Virus record (IMG/VR): IMGVR_UViG_3300010376_000123
Location: 1-25,685 of that record
Direction: 5' to 3' (one strand)
DNA length: 25,685 nt
DNA from: a virus
Lineage: Duplodnaviria > Caudoviricetes
This document shows, in pieces, positions 1 through 8,200 of the stretch; position 1 is the first letter of the stretch; every line of letters begins with the position of its first letter. The translations under genes and the position numbers were made by a program. The notes under the pieces were generated by a model. The model did not search any database. It worked only from the letters and a program-made list of their open reading frames with translations, and was not told where the DNA came from.

Positions 1-1
1 C

Positions 2-337
2 TGGAACAAGCCCAAGCGCTCGACCTACGCGCCCGTCGGCGTGATCTACCGCGAGCCCGAGACCGGCTACATCCGCTGGTGGGGCCTGGGCACCTGGCCC
101 GACAAAGAGGCGCTCGCGAGCTTCTGCGGCGTTGTCGGCTCCGAGCGCCTGAACGAGATCCAGAAGGCCAGCCTGGCCGAGGTGATCGCCCGCACCCGGG
201 TCTTCGAGCACGTCACGTTCGAGGTCCGCGAGGGCCCGGCGAGCGAGGCCGAGAAGGCCGAGCAGGCCCGCGTCGAGGGCAGGGTCTGGGCGGCCGTCGC
301 GCGCGAGGCGGGGCGGGCCCGCGAGGAGCTGTCGTGA
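2..337 (+). CDS. Hypothetical phage protein, 5'-partial
   Basis: Frame is open from base 2 (WNKPKRSTYAPVGVIYRE...), so the true start probably lies upstream of the window. Its stop overlaps the next start (GTGA at 334-337). Confidence 0.7.
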   Translation, partial: WNKPKRSTYAPVGVIYREPETGYIRWWGLGTWPDKEALASFCGVVGSERLNEIQKASLAEVIARTRVFEHVTFEVREGPASEAEKAEQARVEGRVWAAVAREAGRAREELS

Positions 338-666
338 AGGACTGGCGCTCCACCGCCCGGCGCCTGGAGAAGCTGGTCGCGCTCGCGGGCTCGGCCAACG
401 AGCACGAGGCCGCCCGCGCCCGCGAGCACGCCCTGCGCCTGATCGCGGGCATCGACCTCGACCTCGTCGCGACGCTCGACGGCCAGCGCGACTACCTGAT
501 CGAGGCCTGCCGCCGCGAGCTGCGCCGCCTCAACGAGTCGAGGACCCGGCCGAACGCCGAGACGAGGATGCTCGTCAGCTCCGCGCAGATGCTCCTCAGC
601 CACTACCGCAACCTCGACGCGCTCGCGCCGATGGTCGTGCTCGCCCGTCAGCTGGTGGCGACGTGA
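334..666 (+). CDS. DUF2786-like domain protein
   Basis: GTG at 334 after GAGGAG. RLEKLVALAGSANEHEAARAREHALRL resembles the DUF2786 pattern (KLLALA.S.NEHEA..A). Coupled to neighbours at both ends. Confidence 0.6.
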   Translation: MKDWRSTARRLEKLVALAGSANEHEAARAREHALRLIAGIDLDLVATLDGQRDYLIEACRRELRRLNESRTRPNAETRMLVSSAQMLLSHYRNLDALAPMVVLARQLVAT

Positions 667-1475
667 GCCCCGACGAGGTGATCGCGCTGCGCGCCGAGTG
701 GCGGCGCTGGAGCTTCTCCCGGCTCGTCCCCGATCAGACGTTGCTGGCGTCGGTCGACTGGCTGACCTACGTCGGCGTGATGTGCGACGAGCTGCCGGGC
801 GAGCCGACCCTCGTCTTCCCCTCCGAGGAGGAGGTCGGCTGGGCCTGGCCGCAGGGCCTTGCCATCGTCTTCGCCGAGCCCGTCGCGATCGCCCACACGA
901 TCGTCTCGGACCTCGGCCGCCCGGTCCCGGCGCACGCCGAGACCCAGCTTGCCCGCGGCCTCCTGATCGGCCCGACGACGCTGATGCCGACCCAGGTGAT
1001 CACGGCGGGCGTCCGCGCGAGGGGCGAGCCGACGGCGGCCCACCCGATCGCCTGGATCGGCGACGACCCCTCCGACTTCGTCGAAGGCCACTGGACGCCC
1101 TCTTCGACCGTCGGCAACCAGGACGGCAGCCCGATCAGCCACTCCGCCCGCTTCGTCTTCGCGCTCCTGACCGCGATCGGTCACCACGCGACGACGCTGG
1201 AGGTGCCCGCCGCGGCCGACCGCGGCGAGCGCCGCCGCCTCCAGCGCGAGCTACCGACGCTGCGGGTGCTCGCCCTGACCGGCGACGCGCGCCGCTCGCA
1301 CGGCACCGGCGGGCCGGTCGCCTGGAAGCGGCGCTGGATGGTGCGAGGGCACTGGCGCCTCCAGCCCTACGGGCCGGGCCGCTCGCTGCGCAAGGCGCGC
1401 TGGATCGACCCGTACGTCAAGGGCCCCGCCGAGGCGCCGCTCGACACCCGTACGACGATCTGGCGGACGCCCTAG
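663..1475 (+). CDS. Conserved phage hypothetical protein
   Basis: 270 aa with GTGA-coupled start. C-terminal WMVRGHWRLQPYGPGRSLRKARWIDPYVKGP is a motif I recognise from many uncharacterised phage proteins. Confidence 0.75.
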   Translation: MSPDEVIALRAEWRRWSFSRLVPDQTLLASVDWLTYVGVMCDELPGEPTLVFPSEEEVGWAWPQGLAIVFAEPVAIAHTIVSDLGRPVPAHAETQLARGLLIGPTTLMPTQVITAGVRARGEPTAAHPIAWIGDDPSDFVEGHWTPSSTVGNQDGSPISHSARFVFALLTAIGHHATTLEVPAAADRGERRRLQRELPTLRVLALTGDARRSHGTGGPVAWKRRWMVRGHWRLQPYGPGRSLRKARWIDPYVKGPAEAPLDTRTTIWRTP

Positions 1476-1693
1476 ACGCCGATCCGAAGCTGGGCCCGCA
1501 CGACGCGCGGGCGCCAGCTGCGCTCGGGCACCGCCGCCAGCTCGCGTCCGTCCGTCTGCTCTCCCCGGGCCCGGGCGACCAGGCGCAGGGCCTGGCGTTG
1601 CGAGTCGGCCTCGACGACGCCCAGCTCGCGCCAGGTGTCGACGTCGGCTCGTTCGAGCACGGTGTAGCGGCTGCGCGGGGCGGCACGGGTCAC
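1472..1693 (-). CDS. Small hypothetical protein (73 aa; alternative ATG start at 1705)
   Basis: MTRAAPRSRYTVLERADVDTWRELGVVEADSQRQALR...AVPERSWRPRVV. Fills the gap exactly. Its stop shares the CTAG palindrome (1472-1475) with the convergent gene. TATGCT lies 7 nt upstream of the GTG. Confidence 0.65.
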   Translation of the reverse strand: MTRAAPRSRYTVLERADVDTWRELGVVEADSQRQALRLVARARGEQTDGRELAAVPERSWRPRVVRAQLRIGV

Positions 1694-1732
1694 GCCCCCC
1701 AGCATACGTGACGAAGAGGTAGCATCCGGCAC
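1694..1732. promoter_or_regulatory. Putative divergent leaderless promoters
   Basis: + strand: TAGCAT (1720-1725), 7 nt, ATG 1733. - strand: TATGCT (1706-1701), 7 nt, GTG 1693. Both fit TANNNT. Confidence 0.45.
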
Positions 1733-2392
1733 ATGCGTTCGCGCAGGATCGAGGGCCGCTGCGACTTCGACGCGGGCCGCCGCGCCTACCTGCCGATCTA
1801 CGAGCGCCAGCCGCACGAGTCCGAGCCGCGCTGGGAGGGCTTCAAGCTCTACCTCCAGGAGCGGAGCGGGCGCCGCGTCGCCGCTCGCCTGGGCAAGTCC
1901 GCCGCGCTCGTCCACAAGTGGTCGAAGGAGGACCGCTGGCCCGCCCGGGCGCGGGCCTGGACGGAGGAGCAGGAGCGGATCCAGCGCGCCCTCGTGCTGG
2001 CCGAGTACCGGCGCATGAGCGAGCGCCACGCCGCCGCCGCCTCGAAGGCGATCGCCGCCCTGCTCGCCCCGCTTGAGGCGATCTCGCGGCCCCGCCTGCT
2101 CGTCGACGAGCAGGGCCGTCAGATCCTCAACGAGGACGGCGTCCCGATCACGATCGAGCGCGGCGCCGACCTCGACGCGGCCGACACCCAGACCCTGCTC
2201 GCCCTGATCGCCCAGACCGCCCGCGTGCTCGCCCCGCTGGTCGCGATCGAGCGGCTCGCGCGCGGCCCCGAGCCGAGCGCCGAGACGCCCGCCGAGGAGG
2301 CCCCCGACGTCGTCGAGGTGCCCTCCGACTCGGACCGGGCCGCCGCCGTGCTGGCCGCGCTGGAAGAGGTCGGAATCGTCAACGGCAGGTAG
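1733..2392 (+). CDS. Putative terminase small subunit (HTH-containing)
   Basis: YERQPHESEPRWEGFKLY...RRVAARLGKSAALVHKWSKEDRWPARARAW is an HTH-type N-terminus followed by helical segments. Lies upstream of TerL. Confidence 0.6.
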   Translation: MRSRRIEGRCDFDAGRRAYLPIYERQPHESEPRWEGFKLYLQERSGRRVAARLGKSAALVHKWSKEDRWPARARAWTEEQERIQRALVLAEYRRMSERHAAAASKAIAALLAPLEAISRPRLLVDEQGRQILNEDGVPITIERGADLDAADTQTLLALIAQTARVLAPLVAIERLARGPEPSAETPAEEAPDVVEVPSDSDRAAAVLAALEEVGIVNGR

Positions 2393-2410
2393 CGCGCACC
2401 ACCAACGCTG

Positions 2411-2419
2411 TGCTATACT
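2411..2419 (+). promoter_or_regulatory. Extended -10 promoter (TGcTATACT) driving the small-gene cassette
   Basis: Near-consensus TGnTATACT in the intergenic gap, followed by a GGGGG-TGACCG-CCCCC hairpin (2429-2444) and SD AAGGAG (2460-2465). Confidence 0.6.
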
Positions 2420-2473
2420 ACGAGTAGAGGGGGTGACCGCCCCCGCCACCACCACCACGAAGGAGCGCGCGAG

Positions 2474-2593
2474 ATGAAGACCCTGGTCAGCTGGTTCAAG
2501 TCCGTCTTCGGCCCCAAGGTCACCACCACGCCCTACGGGCTCGTCTCCAACGGCCACGGCGCCGTCCTGGCCGTCAACTGGAAGGTCTCCTGA
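2474..2593 (+). CDS. Small hypothetical protein (39 aa), absent from the ORF track
   Basis: MKTLVSWFKSVFGPKVTTTPYGLVSNGHGAVLAVNWKVS. Strong SD AAGGAG; TGATG overlap with the next gene. Confidence 0.7.
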   Translation: MKTLVSWFKSVFGPKVTTTPYGLVSNGHGAVLAVNWKVS

Positions 2594-2838
2594 TGAGCGC
2601 CGTCTTCAAGCGGGTCAGGCGGGGCTGGTACGCCACCGCCGACGGCTGCTGGGCCGTGATGAGCGACGGCCTCGACCACGTCACCGGCTCGTGCGACTAC
2701 GGCGAGGCCGGGGACGGCTGGGCCCTCGTCCACGACCCGGCGGGCAGGCTCACCAGCGACCCCGAGGTCGGCGAGAACCTCGACTGGTTCGACACCAAGC
2801 GCGAGGCCGTCGCCTTCTTCACCACCCACCACCTCTAG
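2593..2838 (+). CDS. Hypothetical protein (81 aa)
   Basis: Coupled start, GC3-biased codons, ends ...WFDTKREAVAFF. Confidence 0.75.
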   Translation: MSAVFKRVRRGWYATADGCWAVMSDGLDHVTGSCDYGEAGDGWALVHDPAGRLTSDPEVGENLDWFDTKREAVAFFTTHHL

Positions 2839-2846
2839 GAGCCACG

Positions 2847-3164
2847 ATGACCACCCCCGCGACCCAGCACCTCTCGATCGACCTCGCCGACGATCCCGGC
2901 GGCACCACCCTGCACGTCACCGTGCACGGCGCCAAGGGCAGCTACGACCTGCTCGTGTGGGCGTCGGAACAGACCCAGCCGAGCGACGGCGGCGGCATCC
3001 CGTACCTGAACCTCGACCTGCACGACCCGGCCGACCAGACGCTCCAGACGAAGACCTGGGGCAACGGCACGGAGATGAAGAAGCTGCCCGAGTCGATCCT
3101 GGCCGGACGGCTGGTCGGCGAGGCCGCCTGCTTCACCAGCGTGTTCGTGCCGACCGCCTCCTGA
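2847..3164 (+). CDS. Hypothetical protein (105 aa)
   Basis: ATG 2847 after AGGAG; MTTPATQHLSIDL... The track start at 2691 is over-extended. Confidence 0.75.
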   Translation: MTTPATQHLSIDLADDPGGTTLHVTVHGAKGSYDLLVWASEQTQPSDGGGIPYLNLDLHDPADQTLQTKTWGNGTEMKKLPESILAGRLVGEAACFTSVFVPTAS

Positions 3165-3192
3165 CGCCCACCACCACCACCGAGGAGACACC

Positions 3193-3441
3193 ATGACCAC
3201 CACCCCCGCCATCACCCCCGACTCGCTGAAGCTCTTCCTCAGCCTCGCCGACGACGCGCCCAACTGGTCGGGCACCCCGCCCGCCTGGGTCTCCGCCGAG
3301 GAGCGCGGCAACCTCACCCAGCTCAAGCGCGCGAAGCTGCTCAAGACGTTCGTCTCGGACGGCGACGCCTGGGTGACCTTCACGGACGCGGGCAAGGCGC
3401 TCGCCGCCGCCCACGGCCACGACCCGCGCTGGCTCGCCTAA
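3193..3441 (+). CDS. Hypothetical protein, possible winged-helix fold (82 aa)
   Basis: SD GAGGAG. ERGNLTQLKRAKLLKTF...AWVTFTDAGKALA resembles the helix-wing-'T..G..L' end of winged-helix domains (inference). Confidence 0.7.
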   Translation: MTTTPAITPDSLKLFLSLADDAPNWSGTPPAWVSAEERGNLTQLKRAKLLKTFVSDGDAWVTFTDAGKALAAAHGHDPRWLA

Positions 3442-3466
3442 CCACCACCACCACGAGGAGCACGAG

Positions 3467-3763
3467 ATGACCACCACCACCCTGACGGCGAGGCAGGTCG
3501 AGCGCGCCCACGCGATCAAGATCCGCCCCGAGAAGGGCGCCGCGACGCACCCCGACCCCGTCATCCGCCGCCTCTACGGCCAGCGCCGCGCCGCCGCGAC
3601 CAAGGCCGACTGGGGCGCCACCAGCTGGCAGCGGATGACCGGCTGGGGCCTCGTCGAGGCGATCGCCGCGCTCCTGGACGAGGTCGACCCGGACGGCGAC
3701 TGGCGCTACGAGGGCTACGACCATCACGGCGAGCACGGCGGCGGCTGGTACGTGAAGCGCTAG
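3467..3763 (+). CDS. Hypothetical protein (98 aa)
   Basis: SD GAGGAG; MTTTT N-terminus. Confidence 0.75.
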   Translation: MTTTTLTARQVERAHAIKIRPEKGAATHPDPVIRRLYGQRRAAATKADWGATSWQRMTGWGLVEAIAALLDEVDPDGDWRYEGYDHHGEHGGGWYVKR

Positions 3764-3773
3764 CCTCTGCGCC

Positions 3774-5219
3774 GTGACGCCGAGCGCAGAGCCGTCCTTC
3801 TGGCCCGCCCTGCGCGCCCTCCCCCCCGGCAAGCGCCGCAGCGCCGTCAAGGCCCTCTACGACGCCCTCGGCCCGCTCCGCCTCCGCCACCAACCCCCCG
3901 GCTTCACGCCCACCGCCAAGCAGGAAGCCTTCCTGCGCCTCGGCGCCCTGGAGGTCTTCTACGGCGGCTCGGCGGGGGGCGGCAAGACCGTCGCGCTGCT
4001 CGCAGCCGCCGCCCAGTACGCCGACGTCCCCGGCTACTCCGCGCTCCTCGTCCGCCGCACCTGGCCCGAACTCGTCCTCCCCGGCGGGCTCCTCCCGCTC
4101 AGCCACGCCTGGTGGGACCAGAGCGACGCCAGCTGGGTCGCGGGCGAGCGCCAGTGGCGCTTCGCCTCCGGCGCCACGATCACCCTCGGCCACCTCGACC
4201 ACCACTCCATGCGCCGCTACCAGGGCGCCGCCTTCCAGTTCATCGGCTTCGACGAGCTGACCCACTTCCCCCAGGGCGCCTACGAGTTCCTCTTCAGCCG
4301 CCTCCGCCGCCCCGAACAAGCCCCCACCCTCGCGACCAGCCCCGACGGGCTCAGCGTCGCCGCCATCCCCCTGCGCATGCGCTCCGCCTCGAACCCCGGC
4401 GGCCCCGGCCACATGTGGGTCAAGCGCCGCTTCGTCGACCAAGCGACCCGCGCCGAAGGCGCCCTCTACCTCCCAGCCCGCCTCCACGAAAACCCCTACC
4501 TCGACCAGCAGTCCTACACCACCAGCCTGCGCCAGCTCTCCGCCCTCGAACGCGGCCGCCTCCTCGAAGGCGACTGGTCCGCCCGCGAAGCAGGCGCCCT
4601 CTTCCAACGCGAGTGGCTCACCATCCTCGACCAGACCCCCCACGAGACCGAGATCGAGACCCGCATCCGCGCCTGGGACCTCGCCGCCACCGAGCCGACC
4701 GCCGCCAACCCGAACCCCGACTACACCGTCGGCGTGCGCATGGAACGAACGCACGACGGGCGCATCCTGGTCACGGATGTGCGCCGTGTACGCTTAAGCC
4801 CCGCCTCCGTCGAGCGACTGATCGCGAGAACCATGCGTGAGGACGGCCCCGCCTGCGCAGTCTGGATCGAGCAGGAGCCGGGCGCGAGCGGGAAGCTGTT
4901 CGTGTCCGGGCTGATGCGACGCCTCGGCGGGATCGCCCCCGCCTACGGCCAGACCACCAGCGGCGACAAGCTCACCCGAGCCAAACCCCTCGCCGCCGCC
5001 TGGGACCGCGGCGACGTCGCGCTCCTCCCCGGCGCCTGGACCGCCGCCTACCTCGACGAGCACGAAGCCTTCCCCTACGACGAGCACGACGACCAGGTCG
5101 ACGCGAGCGCGCTGGCCTACTCGAAGCTCGCGAGCGGCGTCGGCGCGCTGATCGAGACGCCCGAGCGCAACGGTCACGCCGAGCTGCCCGACTGGAACCC
5201 GTTGACGGTGACCTGGTGA
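3774..5219 (+). CDS. terL: Terminase large subunit
   Basis: Walker A YGGSAGGGKT, Walker B FIGFDELTHF, motif SASNPGG, nuclease motifs RAWDLAAT...PDYTVG and HDDQVDA. Confidence 0.95.
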   Translation: MTPSAEPSFWPALRALPPGKRRSAVKALYDALGPLRLRHQPPGFTPTAKQEAFLRLGALEVFYGGSAGGGKTVALLAAAAQYADVPGYSALLVRRTWPELVLPGGLLPLSHAWWDQSDASWVAGERQWRFASGATITLGHLDHHSMRRYQGAAFQFIGFDELTHFPQGAYEFLFSRLRRPEQAPTLATSPDGLSVAAIPLRMRSASNPGGPGHMWVKRRFVDQATRAEGALYLPARLHENPYLDQQSYTTSLRQLSALERGRLLEGDWSAREAGALFQREWLTILDQTPHETEIETRIRAWDLAATEPTAANPNPDYTVGVRMERTHDGRILVTDVRRVRLSPASVERLIARTMREDGPACAVWIEQEPGASGKLFVSGLMRRLGGIAPAYGQTTSGDKLTRAKPLAAAWDRGDVALLPGAWTAAYLDEHEAFPYDEHDDQVDASALAYSKLASGVGALIETPERNGHAELPDWNPLTVTW

Positions 5220-8200
5220 GCCCGCCCGTCGCGCCGGGCGCCCCCACCACGGAGATCGGCTACGCCGTCGACACCTCGACGACGAGCCTCGTCGTCGCAG
5301 GCGGCGGCCTGCCCAGCTGGCAGACGCTCGCCGAGGACACCCACGAGTACGTCGACGAGCTGTCCTGGCCACGCTCGGTCTACACCTACCAGCGGATGCG
5401 CAACGACGCCCAGATCGACGGCCTCATGCGCGGCTTCACCTGGCCGATCCGAAACTACGACTGGGCGATCGACCCCAGGGACTGCCCGCCCGACGCGGCC
5501 CAGCGGCTCGCCGACGACCTCGGCCTGCCGCTCCTCGGCGAGGAGATCACGAGCGAGGCGACCAGCGCGCGTCACTCCCGCGCCAGCGCCGACGAGCATC
5601 TGCGGATGGCGCTGCTCGCGCTCGTCTTCGGGCACATGTACTTCGAGCAGGTCGGCGAGATCGACGCCGACGGCTGGTGGCGCCTCACGAAGCTCGCCCC
5701 CCGCATGCCGTCGAGCATCGATCAGATCCTCGTCGCCCGCGACGGCGGCCTCGTCGGCATCCGCCAGCTCGGCAGTGACGTCGTGATCCCGGTGAACCGG
5801 CTCGTCGGCTACGTCTGGGACCGCGAGGGCGGCAACTGGTACGGCCGCTCGATCCTGCGCGCCGCCTACGCGCCCTGGCTGATCAAGGACCGCCTCTACC
5901 GGATCGACACCGTCAAGCACGAACGCACCGGGATGGGCGTCCCGATCATCACCCTCCCCGAAGGCGCGTCAGAGGCGCAGCGCCAGGCGGCGCTGCAGAT
6001 GGCCGAGCAGTTCCGGGGCGGTGACCTCGCGGGCGGCGCGCTCCCCTTCGGCCACCAGCTCAGCCTCGTCGGCGTGCAGGGCTCGACCTCGGACGTGCTC
6101 GGCTCGATCCGGTACTACGACGAGCTGATCGCGCGGATGCTGATGATGATGTTCACCCAGCTCGGCACGACCGAGACTGGGAGCCGCGCGCTCGGCCAGT
6201 CGTTCATGGACTTCTTCTCGCTCGCCCTCAGCGCGGTGGCGGAGTGGTACGCGGGCGTCGTCGACGCCTTCATCATCGCCGACTGGGTCGAGTGGAACCT
6301 CGGCGAGGACGCGCCGACGCCGCAGCTGGTCTTCGCGCAGGCACCCGAGCGTGTGCTCGCGCCGCCCGACCTCGTCGGGTTGATCAACGCGGGCGCCGTC
6401 GTCGTCGACGAGGAGCTGCGCGAGTGGATCGCGCACCGCTACGACATGCCCGCCCCCCCGCCCGACGCGCCCCTCCCGAGTCTCGGCGGCCCGACGAACC
6501 CGACGACCAGCCCGACCAGCCAGCCCGGCTCGGCGCCGCCCGCCGAGACACAGCCCGCGACGCTCGCGAGCGTCGAGGCGTACTACCCGCCCGGCCGTGA
6601 CGTCGGCCCGACCCCGCCCAAGGCGACGAGTCCGGCCTGGCCGTACCACCGCCAGCCCTTTCGCCACGAGGTCCAGGCGGCGGTCGACTACCCCGGCCTG
6701 GACCGCGACTTCCAGAAGGCGCTGGAGGCGACGCTGAAGACCTACCAGGCCCAGGTGCGTCCCGCCCAGCTACGCGCGATCGAGGCGGCCGCCGCGGCGG
6801 GCGACATCGGCCAGATCCTGAGCGCGCTCGATGCGGCCGGGCTCGACGGCGTCGAGGTGATCGCGCAGGGGATGCACGCGACGGCCCGCTCGGGCGTCAA
6901 GCACGCCCTCGCCGAGGCGCAGGCGCAGGGCGAGGCGATCCCCGAGCCGCCCCTCGACACCGCCCGCACGCTGCGCCGCGCCGCGTCGACCGACACTCTC
7001 CTGCGCCGTAGCCTGGCGCAGTCCGCCTACAACAAGGCGGCGATCCTCGCGCCCGACGGGATCGGCACGCCCGCCGTCGCGGGCGGCGTGATGAGCTACC
7101 TCAAGGGCCTGACCGACGCCTGGCTGCGCGACCAGCTCGTCGGCGCCCTCACCAGCGCCCAGAACGAGGGCCGACAAGCCGTCTTCGAGACCGCGGCGGG
7201 CGCCGGGATGGAAGCCTCGTACTACGCGAGCGAGGTGCTCGACGACGCGACCTGCGACGAGTGCCAGGCGATCGACGGCACCCAGTTCGACACCCTCGCC
7301 GACGCGCAGGACGCCTACCCGACCGGCGGCTACTCGGACTGCCTCGGCGGGCCTCGCTGCCGCGGCACGATCGTCGTCGTGTACGGCACGAGCGGCGTCG
7401 AAGGCTCGGCGCTGCGCGCCTACTCCGACGACCAGCCCCGCGACGAGACGGGCCGCTGGACGAGCGGTGGTGGTGGTGGGGACGGCGGCGGCGAGGCCGC
7501 GCCAGCCGATGCTGGGTCGGCGCCCGGCGCGCCGCCCGGCGTCCAGGTCGACCCGTCGAAGATCGGCCCGGACGGCTGGCCGGTCAAGGACGAGGGCGCG
7601 ACCGCCGTCCTCGGCGAGGCCGCGAACACCCAGGAGATGTACACCGTCGGGCGCGACGCGAACGGCGCGCCGATCTACAGCCCCGACCGGGCGGGTGTGC
7701 ACGACGCGATCGTCGCGGGCGCGACCGAGGGGCACGCCAGCCAGGAGGATCCCCGCGCGCTCTTCATGGCGGGCGGCCCCGCCTCGGGCAAGTCGACGGC
7801 GCTCGCCGGGCTTGAGGCGCAGGGCTCCGACCTCGTCCCCAAGGACGCCGTCAACGTCAACCCGGACGAGGTCAAGTCCGAGCTGCCCGAGTACAACCAG
7901 ATCAAGGACACCGGCTCGCTCTACGCCGCGACCGGCGTCCACGAAGAGTCCTCGGACATCGCCAAGCGGATCACGAACGAGGCGATCGCGAACGGCCAGA
8001 ACATGACCGTCGACGGCACCGGCGACTCGGGCGGCTCGAAGTTCCCCGACAAGCTGGAAGCCGCCGCGCAGACCCACCAGGTCGACGTGATGTACGCGAC
8101 GCGCACCACCCAGGGCGCCGTCGACCAGCAGATCGACCGGGTCGCGAAGACGGGACGCTACGTCCCCGAGGAGGAGCAGCGCTACCAGCACGCCCAGGTC

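Larger units (their letters stand above)
2446..3460 (+). repeat. Dispersed start-associated repeat CCACCACCACCAC(C)GA(A)GGAG
   Basis: Copies at 2446-2465, 3168-3187 and 3442-3460, with a degenerate copy at 2821-2841. Each lies directly before a cassette ATG. Confidence 0.8.

Noticed and set aside
2446-3460. CRISPR-like array from the CCACCACC repeats
   Set aside because: Low-complexity repeats separated by whole genes at irregular spacing, with no cas genes.
2390-3762. Terminal inverted repeat TAGCGC/GCGCTA flanking the cassette
   Set aside because: Only 6 bp, expected by chance, and no transposase or recombinase is present.
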